Source: Lytechinus pictus (Eukaryota). From it: a stretch of 64,000 nucleotides of DNA. The notes below the pieces were generated by a model that ran no database searches, was not told the DNA's origin, and saw nothing but the letters and a program-made list of their open reading frames with translations. Where the stretch lies: assembly GCF_037042905.1 (NCBI RefSeq), contig NC_087245.1:24802001-24866000 (forward strand), in the 5' to 3' direction. The position numbers and the translations under genes were made by a program. Positions 12,201 to 26,367 of this stretch are shown here, one piece after another (the stretch's first letter is position 1; each line of letters opens with the position of its first letter).

Positions 12201-14780
12201 CTGTATGATGAAATGCGTCTTTTTGTTGTATGATGAAAGGGCGACTTGCTGAAATATGACAGGGTGACGTGTTACTGTAAGATGAAAAGGTCTCATGTTG
12301 TACGAAAGGTGACTTGTTGCAGTATGATGAAAGGGCGCTATTTTTGGATGAAAGGTGACTTTTTCCTGTATGATGAAAGGACGTCATGTTGCAGTACGAT
12401 GAAAGCGACATGTTGAGCACACTGTATGATGAAAGGGCGATAATTTGGATGAATTGGCGACATTTTGGATGGATTGGCGACATTTTGGAGGAAAGGGTGA
12501 CATTTTGGATGAAAGGGAGACATTGTGGAAGAAAGGGCGACATTTTGGATGAAGGGCGACTTGTTGTAGTATGATAAAAGGGTGATATTATGGTTGAAAG
12601 GGCGACTTGTTAGATGGAAGGCGTCTTGTTGCTCTATGATGAAAGGCGTCTTATTTCAGATGAAGGGGCGATACGTTGCAGTATGATGAAAGGGCGACAT
12701 GTTGCTGCATAATGATGAAAGGGTCTCATATAGTAGGAAGGCGACTTGTTGCATTCTGGCGTCTTGTTGTTGTATGATGAAAGGGCGACATGTTGCAGTA
12801 TGATGAAAGGGTGACATGCTGCTGCATTAAGATGAAAGGGACTCGTGTTGTAGGAAAGGTGGCTTGTTGCTGTATGATGAAAGGCGTCTTGTTGTAAGAT
12901 GAAAGGGCGACATGATTATTGCAGTATGATGAAAGGGCGACGGGTTCTGCATAATGATGAAAGGGTCTGTTGTACGAAGATGACTTGTTGTAGTATGATG
13001 AAAGCATGTTATTTTTGATGAAAGGCGGCTTATTCTTGTATGATGAAAGGGAGACATCAAAGTTTTGGATGAAAGGTCACTTGGTGCAGCTGTATGATGA
13101 AAAGGCGACATTTTAGATGAAAGACGATATGTTGTTGTATGATGATAGGGTGACATGTTAGATAAAGGCGACTTGTTGTGGTACGAAAGGGCGACATGTT
13201 GAATGAAAGGGCAACTTGTTTCTGTATGATGAAAGGGCGACAATTTAGATGAAAGGTGAATTGTTGCTGTATGATAAAAGGACGACATCTTGCTGTATGA
13301 TAAAAGGGCGACATGTTGGATGAAAGGCGACTTGTTAATGTATGATGAAAGGGCGGCATGTTAAATGAAAGGCGACTTACTGCATTATGATTGAGGCAAC
13401 ATGTTGCTCTATTATGAAAGGGCGGCATATTGTATGAAAGGCGATTTGTTGCTGTGTGATGAAAGGGTGACATGTTGGATGAAAGGCGACTTGTTTCTGT
13501 ATGATGAAAGGACAACATTTTGGATTAAAGACGACTAGTTGCAGTATGATGAAAGGGCGACATTTTGGGTGTAAAACTACTTGTAGTATGATGAAAGGGT
13601 GACATATTGTACGAAAGGTGGCTTTTTGCTGTTTGATGAATTGCGTTTTGTTGCACGAAAGGGGACTTGTTGCAGTATGATGAAAGGAAGCTATTTTGGA
13701 TAAAAGGCGACTTTTTCCTGTATGATGAAAGGGCGACATTTTGGATGATAGGCGACTTGTATGATAAAAGGCGTTTTGTTTCAGATGAAAGGGCGACATA
13801 TTGCAGTAAGATGAAAGGGTGACGTGCTGCTGCATAATGATGAAAAGTCTTCATGTTGCAGTATGATGAAAGGAAGCTATTTTGGATAAAAGGCGACTTT
13901 TTCCTGTATGATGAAAGGGCGACATTTTGGATGATAGGCGACTTGTATGATAAAAGGCGTTTTGTTTCAGATGAAAGGGCGACATATTGCAGTAAGATGA
14001 AAGGGTGACGTGCTACTGCATAATGATGAAAAGTTTTCATGTTGCACGAAATGTGACTTGTTGCAGTATGATGAAAGGAAGCTATTTTGGATAAAAGGCG
14101 ACTTTTTCCTGTATGATGAAAGGGCGACATTTTGGATGATAGGCGACTTGTATGATAAAAGGCGTTTTGTTTCAGATGAAAGGGCGACATATTGCAGTAA
14201 GATGAAAGGGCGACATGTTGCGGCATAATGATGAAAGGGTCTCATATAATACGAAGGCGACTTGTTGCATTCTGGCGTCTTGTTGTTGTATGATGAAAGG
14301 GCGACACGTTGCAGTATGATGAAAGGGTGACATGCTGCTGCATAAAGATGAAAGGGCCTCATGTTGTTACGAAAGGTGGCTTGTTGCTGTATGATGAAAG
14401 GCGTCTTGATGTTGTAAGATGAAGGGCGACATGATTATTGCAGTATGATGAAAGGGAGACGTGTTGCTGCATAATGATGAAAGGGTCTCATGTTGTACGA
14501 AGGTGACTTGTAGTATGAAAGGGCGACATGTTGAATGAAAGGGTGATATTTTGCTTGGAACGCGACTTGTTGTAGTATGTTGAAAGGATGACAAGTTGCT
14601 GTATGACGAAAGGGTGACATAAAGGGCTTGTTGCTGCATGATGGGAGGGCGACATGTTTTATGAAAGGCGACTTGTTGCTGCATGACGAAAGGGTCATAT
14701 GTTGTAAGATATGCGACTAGTTGCGGGATGATAACAGGGTGACATGCTGCTGCATAAAGATGAAAGGGCCTCATGTTGTA
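9255..14780. repeat. Satellite array B, ~20-27-bp unit
   Basis: Some 200 or more variants of (GTAT)GATGAAAGGGCGAC(A)T(T/G)TTG; internal duplication ~10675-10900 / ~11230-11455 and a triplication across ~13670-14215. Confidence 0.95.
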
Positions 14781-16576
14781 TTCACTTTAGAAGTAGAAAA
14801 GTAATTTGCGAAAGTGACTAAGTTCATATTTGAAAGAAAAAAGGCCAATTTGTGGCAGGGAACCTGTAAAATAAACTTCGACCCTCAGAGGACCTGACAT
14901 TATTACTCAAACCATTGCATTTATGTAATTTATACCGTAAGGTAGAAGACAATAAAGATTATAGATCACCTACAATCACATCTTACGAAAATAATATCCT
15001 ACAAAAAATACCTAATAATTATTTTACTCGTATTCCCTTTACTCCATTCCTCTTTAATAATTTGATAAACTGTTCAGTTGTATCCATGTGAGCTTTGCTG
15101 TAAGAACGCTGCATTGATGTAGACCTACAGGCCAAGTGACTTGCGAAGAGCTTGATTCATTTTTCATGAGGTTTTCCATCGACAATGTTGCAGCTCCTCT
15201 TAAAAACAACGTGAAGGTATATTCATATTCCTGTCCTGTGCGGCATAAAGTTTCATGAGGCTTTTCCTGGTCGACATGGTTCGAACAGGAGCTTTTCTAC
15301 AAAACTGCGTGAACATAATGACGATCCCACCCCAGACCTGCATGGCATTAAAAAGAAACTATTAATAACATTTTTGTCTCGACTGATTGGCATCTTAACT
15401 TTATTTCATTTCAATTACATAACTCATTTATCATAAAAGATCTAGAATTAAAAACTAACTTTGCAAATTGCTGTTAATAACAGTCATCCTGTTTGCAGAG
15501 TTTATTTCTACTTATCTAGATCTAAAGCCGAGATAATAGCAGCGATTTGTATCCTCAGGCAAAAAGCTCTATATAAATCCAGCTATCATTATTATCAACA
15601 GTAGTAGTCGTAGTAGTCTCTCAAAAAAAATAAGTATCAAACCAAGTTGCTGCTAGTTTTATGATGATCGATTTTAGCCTAATTTGTCGAAAGCCGGTTA
15701 TTAAGGTATGTCTCCATCACTGAGCATTTATGAGCTAGTTCTCAGTCAAAAATCAAACCTAAATTACGAAATTTAGATTTACAGCTATCTTAATAACGAA
15801 TAATGAGGCTTATATAAATGACTGATTGGTATAAAGAAATTGTTAATGATTAATGATTTTAAACTTACCGCACTAATTCAAACGAACGATGTAATATGTC
15901 CGACACAGAAAGCATAAGCACAGTGATCAGCGACTCAACGAATAAACGCACTAATTATATAAACTTTTTTTTTTTGCTAGCCGAAAGTCGAAAGGCTAAA
16001 TGCCAAACGATTGAAAGTATGGCGCAACCACAACTGTTTTTTTTTCGAAACATTCGAACTATACAAGTCACGATAGAAAAAAAAATCTAAAGGTGACAAT
16101 GCAGCAATCCTCTTGACATGAAACGAGCTAGTTTGAGAATAAGCTTAAACTGTCAGGCGCCTACTGGGGACCTAATGTATCAATTTTGCCTAGAAATCCT
16201 GACACTAAACTTGGCCTCAAGAAACCAGCTCGATAAAATTCATAGTTTCATTAAGGTCATGAAGAGTGATCACTGTATTGTTCGACAAGTAAATTACTCG
16301 TGCAGTAATTTTCTTCACTTTCATGACGTTTCCTCAGGAAAAACGCAGACAAAAGCCATGAATGATTAATAGCGCCCTAAGCCCATATTCGTAAAACTTT
16401 ACCGTAATAAGATTGTGAACGAACTGAATTTGCCTCTTAGTTATACATGTGTAGATACTGTTGGGCCATTCCACACCAGTCCTGAAACAGAAACACAAAA
16501 AATCCACGTTAATGACACTTTGGTGGTAATAATGGTTTCCATGAATTCAAATATATAAATGCTAGTTCTAGAATAT

Positions 16577-17610
16577 ACAAGTGGAGCGCCTGTGACAGTC
16601 TCACCTGCATCGCGCGATTCAATATAGCAGCAGTGATAACTTTGAAAACTACTATAATTATTTACAAAAAAAAACATTCATATAATCATGGACCTATTCG
16701 TAATAGGTCCATGATATAATGATACCATACTACGTTCATTGACAATAAATGACATTCGACCTTGATCATGCGACCAAGACTTGTCAGTGATACTTGATTA
16801 CCCATTTATCCACATTTTATAAACTATATCTATAAACTTTGAAAGTTATGACAGCAATCTAATAATTACCTCCAACATGACCAAAGTTCAATGACCTTAA
16901 ATGACCTTTGACTTTAGTCATGTGACCTTAAACTCACATGAGATGTTCAGTTATACTTGATTACTACTTTTATGTCCAGGTTTTATGAACTAGATCTATA
17001 CACTTTCAGAATTATGATGGTTATTCAACAAATACCCCCAACATAGCCAAAGTTCATTGACCTCAAACTCACACAGGATGTTCAGTGATACTTGATTACT
17101 CTTATGTCCAAGTTTCATATATCAGATCCATAAACTTTCAAAGTTATGACGGTTATGCAACAAATACCCCCAACTTGGCCAAAGTTCATTGACCTTAAAT
17201 GATTGTCATGATTGTCCCAAGTGACCTTGCTCATGTAACCTGAAACTCATGCAGGATATTCACTGATAATTACTTTTATGTCAAAGTTCATGAACTAAAC
17301 CCATATAATATGATGACATTTCAAATACTTAACCTTGGGTAAGATTTCAATTTTGATTCCCCCAACATGGTACTATTAAATTCATTGACCCTAAATGACC
17401 TATGGCCTTGGTCATTGGCCTAAAACTCAGGCAGGATGGTCAGTGATACTCAAATAACCTTATGTTCAAGTTTCATTCGGCCTAAATAACTCCATGTTCT
17501 TTCTAAGTTATGATATTTCAAGTACTTAATCTTGGTTAAGATTTCAATGTCGATGACTCCACCTCACTTGTCGCCGCCGCTGGAAAACAGGCGTATACAG
17601 TCTTGTTACA
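16577..17610. mobile_element. Helentron-associated non-autonomous element (HINE-like), distal end truncated
   Basis: Starts ACAAGTGG...GTCTCACCTGCAT; internal tandem core with TGACCTT repeats; homologous to 20622-21366 but lacks its final ATGCAGGTGAGAC. Confidence 0.65.
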
Positions 17611-17614
17611 ACAT

Positions 17615-20600
17615 TCAAATTTCCTTAACCTATTTTTTTCCTGAACCTTTAAGTTCGCAAAGCAGACTTCAATATCTGTAACCGATCAAGGTAATAAAGG
17701 GAGATAAAAGAAAGGAAGAAACTGGCTATATGTATCTGTAACTGAACGAGGTAATAGGAAATAGAGAGAAAATGAGAGGGAAAGAGAAAGAAGGGAAGAG
17801 ACTGGCCACTCCAATAAGTCACATTGCATAGGAGCTATTGCTGATTTCAAAGTCAGTCTCTTACCTCGGTAAAAGATACTTCACAAAAAACACAATTTTA
17901 TAAGATCAACTTCACTATTAGACTAAAAATATACATTTGCAATTCACAAAACATTCCGTTTCCATGTACTTATTTCTTTCCTGAACCTTTATGTTATCAA
18001 AGCTTTTTCAGCATCTGTAACTGATTGAGGTAATAAAGACAGAGAAATAGAGATAAAAGGAGAGAAAGAAAGGAAGAGAATGGCTACTCCAATTAAAGTC
18101 ATATTGCATAGGAGCTATTGCTGACTTCAAAGTCAGTCTTTTACCTCCGTTAAAGATACTTCACATGAAAACATAATTTTACGATTTAAGATCCACTTCT
18201 TTCTTAGACTAAAAATATAAATAATTTGCAATTCAAACAACATTCCGTTTCCACAAACCTATTTCTTTCCCGAACCTTTAAGTAAGCAAAGCAGACTTCA
18301 ATATCTGTAACCGATCAAGGTAATAAAGGGAGATAAAAGAAAGGAAGAAACTGGCTATATGTCTTGTTATACCTTTGAGGTATTGCTGATTTCAAAGTCA
18401 GTCTCTTACCTCGGTTAAAGATACTTCACAAAAAACACAATTTTATAAGTTAAGATCAACTTCACTCTCAGACCAAAAATATATATGTTCAGAATTCACA
18501 AAACAAAAATAATTTCCATGTACTTAATTCTTTCCTGAACCTTTGAGTTAGCAAAGCTTTTCTCAGTATCTGTAACTGATCTAGGTAATAAAGAGAGAGG
18601 AAAAGAGAGAAAAATAGAGAAAGAAAGGACGAGAATGGCTACTCCAATTAATGTCATATTGCATAGGAGCTATTGCTGACTTCAAAGTCAGTCTTTTACC
18701 TCAGTTAAATATACTTCACATGAAAACATAATTCTACGATTTAAGATCCACTTCATTCTTCGACTAAAAATATGAATAATTTGCAATTCAAACAACATTC
18801 CGTTTCCACAAACTTATTTCTTTCCTGAACCTTCTCAGTAATATCCGTAACTGATCGAGGTAATAAAGAGAGAGAAATAGAGAGAAAGAGTGAAAGAAGG
18901 GAAGAGACTGGCTACTCCAATAAGTCACATTGCATAGGAGCTATTGCTGACTTCAAAGTCAGTCTTTTACCTCAGTTAAAGATACTTCACAAATATGAAA
19001 TACATAATTTTATGAGTTAAAACCCACTTCACTCTCAGACCAAAAATATGTTCCGAATTCACAAAACAAAATCATTTCCATGTTTATTTCTTTCCTGAAC
19101 CTTTGAGTTAGCAAAGCTTTTCTCAGTATCTGTAACTGAACGAGGTAATAAGATAGAAAGAAATAGAGAGAAAAGGAGAGGGAAAGAGAAAGAAGGGAAG
19201 AGACTGGCAACTCCAATAAGTCACATTGCATAGGAGCTATTGCTGACTTCAAGTCAGTCTTTTACCTCAGTTAAAGATACTTCACAAATATGAAATACAT
19301 AATTTTATGAGTTAAAACCCACTTCACTCTCAGACCAAAAATATGTTCCGAATTCACAAAACAAAATCATTTCCATGTTTATTTCTTTCCTGAACCTTTG
19401 AGTTAGCAAAGCTTTTCTCAGTATCTGTAACTGAACGAGGTAATAAGATAGAAAGAAATAGAGAGAAAAGGAGAGGGAAAGAGAAAGAAGGGAAGAGACT
19501 GGCCACTCCAATAAGTCACATTGCATAGGAGCTATTGCTGACTTCAAGTCAGTCTTTTACCTCAGTTAAAGATACTTCACAAATATGAAATACATAATTT
19601 TATGAGTTAAACCCACTTCACTCTCAGACCAAAAATATATGTTCAGAATTCACAAAACAAAATCATTTCCATGTACTTAATTCTTTCCTCAACCTTTGAG
19701 TAAGCAAAGCTTTTCTCAGTATCTGTAACTGATCTAGGTAAAAAGAGAGAGGAATAGAGAGAAAAAGAGAGAAAGAAAGGACGAGAATGGCTACTCCAAT
19801 TAAAGTCATATTGCATAGGAGCTATTGCTGACTTCAAAGTCAGTCTTTTACCTCAGGTAAAGATACTTCACAAATATGAAATACATAATTTTATGAGTTA
19901 AAGCCCACTTCACTCTCAGACTAAAAGTATGCGTTCAGAATTCACACAACAATATTCCGATTCCATGTACTTATTTCATGAACCTTTGAGTTAGCCAAGC
20001 TTTTCTCAGTATCTGTAACCGATGTAGGTAATAAAGAGAAGAAAAATAAAGAGAAAAAGAGAGGGAAGGAGAAAGAAGGGAAGAGACTGGCCACTCCAAT
20101 AAGTCACATTGCATAGGAGCTATTGCTGTCTTCAAGTCAGTCTTTTACCTCAGTTAAAGATACTTCACATGAGTTAAAATCAAATTCACTCTCAGACTAA
20201 AAATATGCGTTCAGAATTCACACAACAATATTTCGATTCCATGTACTTCTTTCCTGAACCTTTGAGTTAGCAAAGCTTTTCTCAGTATCTGTAACCGATC
20301 GAGGTAATTAAAGAAAGAGAAACAGAGATAAAAAGAGAGAAAGAAAGGACGAGAATGGCTACTCCAATCAAAGTCATATTGCATAGGAGCTATTGCTGAC
20401 TTCAAAGTCAGTCTTTTACCTCAGTTAAAGATACTTCACAAATATGAAATACATAATTTTATGAGTTAAACCCACTTCACTCTCAGACCAAAAATATATG
20501 TTCAAATTTCACAAAAGAAAATCATCTCCATGTACTTAATTCTTTCCTGAACCTTTGGGTTAGCAAAGCTTTTCTCAGTATCTGTAACTGATCTAGGTAA

Positions 20601-20620
20601 TAAAGAGAGAGGGATAGAGA
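17615..20620. repeat. Satellite array C, ~10 copies of a ~295-bp unit
   Basis: TTGCATAGGAGCTATTGCTGACTTCAAAGTCAGTC recurs about every 270-300 bp; near-identical ORFs 19010-19252 and 19305-19547 are 295 bp apart. Confidence 0.95.
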
Positions 20621-20621
20621 G

Positions 20622-21366
20622 AACAAGTGGAATGCCTCTGGCGGTCTCATCTGCATCACGCGATTCAATAGAGCAGCAGTGATGTTCAGTGATACTTGGT
20701 TACTTTTATGTATACGTTTTATGAACTAGACCAACACACTTACAGAGATATGATGGTAATTCAACAAATACCCCCAACATTGCAAAGTTCATTGATCTTA
20801 CAAGACCTTTGACCTTGAACATGTGACCTAAAACTCGCACAGGATGTTCAGTGATACTTGATTACTCTTATGTCCAAGTTTCATTAGTCAGTTCCATTAA
20901 CTTTCAAAGTTATGATGGTAATTCAACAGATAATCCCATTATGGCCAAAGTTCATTGACCTTTGACCTTGGTCATGTGACCTGAAATGCACACAGGATGT
21001 TCAGTGATACTTGATTACTCTTATGTCCAAGTTTTATGAACTAGACCAATATACTTTCAAAGTTATGACATTTCAAAAACTTAACCTTAGGTTAAGATTT
21101 TGATGTTGAATCCCCAACGTGGTCTAAGTTCATTGACCCTAAATGACCTTTGACCTTGGTCATGTGACATGAAACTCAAACAGGATGTTAAGTAATACTT
21201 GATTAACTATACGGCCAAGTTTCATGAACTAGGTCCATATACTTTCTAAGTTATGCTGTCATTTCAAAAAAAATAACCTTCGGTTAAGATTTCGTGTTGA
21301 CGCCGCCGCCGCCGTCGTCGGAAAAGCGGCGCCTATATTCTCACTCTGCTATGCAGGTGAGACAAA
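20622..21366. mobile_element. Helentron-associated non-autonomous element (HINE-like), complete
   Basis: Subterminal inverted repeats GTCTCATCTGCAT (~20644) / ATGCAGGTGAGAC (21351-21363), internal tandem core, A-run ends, no TSD. Confidence 0.7.
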
Positions 21367-24259
21367 AGCTATATTCACTGTATTTCAATTGACATTCATC
21401 AATATAATCATTGGTACGATGAACCTCATTTTATCTCTACTTCCTATCCTATTACTAACACAATCATCGTAAACCTTTTTTTACTTCAAGCATGAAATAG
21501 CTTGGTTCTGGCATGGACCTATTGGTTCTGGTAATGGTTTTCATGAATTTGAAGTAGAGATGAAGCACTATATAGATCTCGAATAAAATACAAACTTCCA
21601 TGTTGATCTTAATAGCTTGGCTTTGAAAGCGCGTTTCTATAAATTTGAATACACAAATTACGAGTTAGATCTACAATGTGAAACAAACTTTTTTTATTAT
21701 TTTAATAATTATTTAACCACCATCAGCTCAAACTTATTGGCTATTTCTGCATCGTATCATCAGTATCACCTTATATATGTTTTGTTACTTCTAATTCTGT
21801 TTCAGCTAGGTTTAAGAACAGACAGTTAGGCCCTTGTTTTGCCAGGAGTTTATGTCTGTTCCCGTTTTCCTTTATAAGTTGATTCGTTGATAATAACGTT
21901 TATCTAAAATCCACAGTACTTCTAGTACCAACCGTGGAAACTTGTCTACATCTACTAATATATTACGTACATGCAAGTATTTGCAAAAGTTCATACAGCA
22001 ATTTCAATAACAAATGATAAAATCGTACTTATATCAATGATTGATGTTTACAAGACATGTAAAAATAATTCAGCAAAAAGAATGTTAATGATATTAAACG
22101 TACCTTCAAACGAACGAGACGGTCGATGGTTGTATGCATATTGAGCAATGACTAAAGCGAGAAAAAAATGGTCGTACGAAAGATTTAACGAAAAACCGAT
22201 AGATGAACGAATATTTGAAAATTAACAGGTTTTCTGTTTGTTTTCTTGCTCGCCGAAAAAGTAACTCCGGAAGGCGAAACGCTGAAGAAAAGTTTTCGTC
22301 AAACAGTGTCAAAAGGCGCGACCTCAATTGTTTTTTCAGAATAGTCGAGCAACCCTAGTCACTTTCGAAAAAATATAACTTTTAGTTGACAATGCAGCAA
22401 TCTTCTTGACATGAATTAATAAATCTTAACGAGCTGGTTTAAGAATAAGCTTAAAAGTGTCAGGCGCCTATTGGGGACCTACTGTACAAATTTTGCCTAG
22501 AAATCCTGACACTAAACTTGGCCTCACAAACCAGCTCAATAGAATTCATAGTTTCATTAAGATCATGGAGTGACTGCTGTATTGTTATACAAGTTATAAA
22601 ATACTCGCGCAGTTAGGTTTCCCCGGTTGAGACACCGACAAAACCCACGAAAGATTTTACTCTCGCGGACCTATATTCATAAAACCTTGTAAGTCTAGAA
22701 ATCATCTATTGTGAACACGGGATGTGAACTAACTAGACTTGCCTCCTAGTTTTAGTGCTATGTTAGATATTCGGGAGCAATCCATACCTGAAACGTAAAC
22801 ACAAAAAATCCAAGTCAGTGAAATAGCTCGGGTTCGATAATGGTTTCTTTATAATGTTAGTTCTTTACCAATGTTATAAAACGATATTCACTGTCTTTGT
22901 TTTATTTGACAATAATCATTATCAATATCATAATCATCGGTACGATGAACCTCATTTTATTTCTACTTTCTATCATTATTGCTAACACAATCATCATCAT
23001 ATACGTTTTTTTGTTACTTCAAGTAAGCTTGGTTCTGATGTTTTCCATGAATCTAAATCATCAACCAAGCACTAGATCTAAAATAAAATACAAACTTCCG
23101 TGTTAATTTAATAGATTTGTTCTGAAAGCGGTTTCTATAAGTTTGAACACACAAATTATGAGCTAGATCTACAATATGAAACAAACTTTATTTTCTAATT
23201 CATTTTATCATTATAACTACCATCGGTTCGAATAAACCTTTTTTTGCTATTTCGGCATTGTATTCCTTATCACTTTCATAATTATCACCTTAAACCCTTT
23301 TTTTGTTACTTCTACTTCTGTTTCAGCTAGATCTAATAACAGAAAGTCAAGCCTTTGTTTTGCCAGATGTCTACATGTATGATTGTTATCATTTCCCCTT
23401 TCCTATCTAAAATCCACAATAACTTTAGTCCCAATACCAACCGTTTACATTTGTCTAGAACTATTATTATTATTATATTACGTGCGTGTAACTATTGTTA
23501 AAACTTCAAACCGCAATTTCAATAACAATTATACTTATATTAATGATTGATGTGTATAAAACATGGAAAAAGAATTGTCAAAAGAATGTGAATAGTATAG
23601 ACGTACCTTCAAAGGAGCGAGACGGTCGATGATTATGTGCATATTGAGCATGATGACTAAAGGCAAGAAAGAAATGGCCGTATGAAAGATTCAGCGAATA
23701 GCCGTGTGGATGGACGAATAATTTAAAATTATATTTACAGGGTTTTTTTTCGCCGAAAACCCAACATCGGAAGGCTAACGCTGAACAATTTATTGTACGT
23801 TTAACGCGCGACCTCAACTTTTTTTTTCAAAATATACTGAGTCTAAAAATTACGTAACCTTCAAGTGACAAAGCAGCAATCCTCTTGACATGAAATAATA
23901 AATCTTAACGAGCTAGTTTAAGAACAAGCTTAAACTATCAGGCGCCTACTGGGGACCTAATGTATAAATTTTGCCTAGAAATCCTGACACTAAACTTGAC
24001 CTCAACAAACCAGCTCGATAAAATTCATAGTTTCATTAAGATCAAGAAGTAGTTACTCTATTGTTCTACAAGGTAATTACTCGTGCAGAAATTTATTCAT
24101 GCTGATAAGGTTTGCTCAAGTCTCCATAATAAATCCTTAATAAGTCCAGTAACTGTGGTAACCATCTTTTTTAGTGATGACTATTCATCAAACTAGACTT
24201 GCCTCCTAGCTATATATTACTGTGTAGATATTTGGGGCATTCCATGTACCTGTAACATA

Positions 24260-25160
24260 AACACAAAATTCATGTTAATGAAATATCTTGGCTCTGATGG
24301 TCTCTCTAAATTTGAATACTTAAATTATTCGCTAGATCTAGAGTAACAAAATTCCATGTTAATGAAACAATGTTTCTGAAAATAATTTCTATAAATTCGA
24401 ATACATGAAAAATAATACACTAGATCTAGTAACACTCCATGTTGAAATAACTTGATACAAACTTACATGTTACTAAGAAGCTTGGTTCTTATAATTTCTA
24501 TAATATAGAATACTTAAATTATGCACAAGAGCTAGAATATAAAACTAAATTCCATGTTGGTTAAATAGCTTGGTTCTGATAATGATTTCTATAAAATCAA
24601 ATACATGAATACACAATTATAATAGCCCTAGGATATAAAACACAATCCCATAAAAATGAAATAGCTTGGTACAAACTTCCATTAAAGAAATAGCTTGGTT
24701 CTACTTATTTCTATAAATTCGAATACACCTGTACATGTACATGAATTATGCATTAGATATACAAAATAATTTTTTTTACAATAATCCTCAATATTATCAC
24801 GGTTATAATCATAATTATCACCATCGACACAAAACTCCATGTCAGAAATTGATAGGCTCTGATAACGGTTTCTATTAATTCAAAACATAAGTTATGCACT
24901 AGATCTAGAATGTAGGCCTAAAAAAAATCATAAATAGCTTGATTCTGATGATGCTTTTTAACAATTCGAATACATGAATTATGGTCTAGATCTAAAACAT
25001 AAAAAGAAATTCATTGTCATTTCTTAAGTAATCATCACTTTTGTACAATAATCATATCTATCATAATCATACATATTGCCATTAACTCAAATTCCATGTT
25101 TGGCTCTAAAAATGGTACCTATAAAGCATGTGCAATAGATATATAGACTATAAAACGAAA
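24260..25160. repeat. Degenerate ~85-bp tandem repeat
   Basis: Recurring AAATTCCATGTT..AAATAGCTTGGTTCTGATAAT..TTCTATAAATTCGAATACA..TTATGCACTAGATCTAGA. Confidence 0.75.
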
Positions 25161-26037
25161 TGCATTGTCCTTTTCATTTCACAATAATCCTAAATATCAT
25201 CACTGCTATAATCTTATCTTCTACTTCTGTTTGAGCTATTTTCTGAACAGAAAGAAAGGCTTATGTTTCTATCAGGTACTTGTAGTCATGATTGTAAAAC
25301 AAATTTTCTCTCTCTTTGTATGCAGCAAATGCCCACTATCATCTCAAATCCGCGATCATTTTAGTACCACCATGCATGCAACGATATATATATCTATAAT
25401 TACATTATGTTTGTGGGACTGTTTCACTTCAAATTGCAGAACAAAAATTTAGACAAATGCAATCTGAGCATATAAAATTTAGATCTACTTTTTATGAAGG
25501 GGAATTCTAAGCTATTCTCGTCCTTGTCCACCTTTTAAATTTGACCATTGGCCCTTTCCCATATGCACTCTTTAAATGGCTATAATGTCTACATTATGCC
25601 TATTATTCATAGCCCATCCAGTCTCGCTCATGCATGTCATATACTTGACTTGTTGAGGATTACCAAACTAATTTTCCATGGGTTTACAACTCGATTACGG
25701 TACTATTCAATGTACCACACTGTAATAATTAGAATATAATCTTTAGCTATGAAAATTAAGAAAATAATCGGCATACCAAAATGAAATATACAAGATTACG
25801 GCTGATAAAATCAATGCAACCAATCTTACCTTGAAAACAAAAGAAACAGATAATCTATAATCAGCATACCGAATAAAATTTACAAAATTAAAGTAATATA
25901 TCTCACCTTGTATTGAATAAACGTGACGTTCATGTCTTTCAGACGCGAAATCGATAAACGCCCGAATTATCGAAATATGTTTTTATGCTAATTTCACCTG
26001 TCCAGCCAGAATCTTGGCGTGTGAAAGTAGTTTCATT

Positions 26038-26367
26038 CAGGGGCGGTGCTAGGGAATTATCATCATTAAGGGGCTAGATGACGTAAAAGTGACGTCATTT
26101 TTTAATCAACTAAATGATTTAGATATTCAGATGTTCAGATATTCAAAATTTACTGCCATGCTCAAATAAGATATAATTACATTAGCATAAAAATCATATT
26201 CCCATATGGGTCTAATAGAATTAAACGATCCAAAACTGTTAATATATACTGTTCCTTCGTCTTAATTCGTTTTCTATTTCTCATCTTTGTTAGTATTATT
26301 TTGATCATTACTTAAAAAAAATCATAGGGGATAAGGCCCCTGCCCCCTCACCATGGCACCGCCCCTG
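26038..26367. mobile_element. hAT-like MITE
   Basis: 12-bp perfect TIRs CAGGGGCGGTGC / GCACCGCCCCTG; TSD not recognisable. Confidence 0.6.

Noticed and set aside
9132..14774. Many overlapping H/S/P-rich ORFs up to 248 aa
   Set aside because: Translations of satellite B in several frames with constant frameshifts; no domain.
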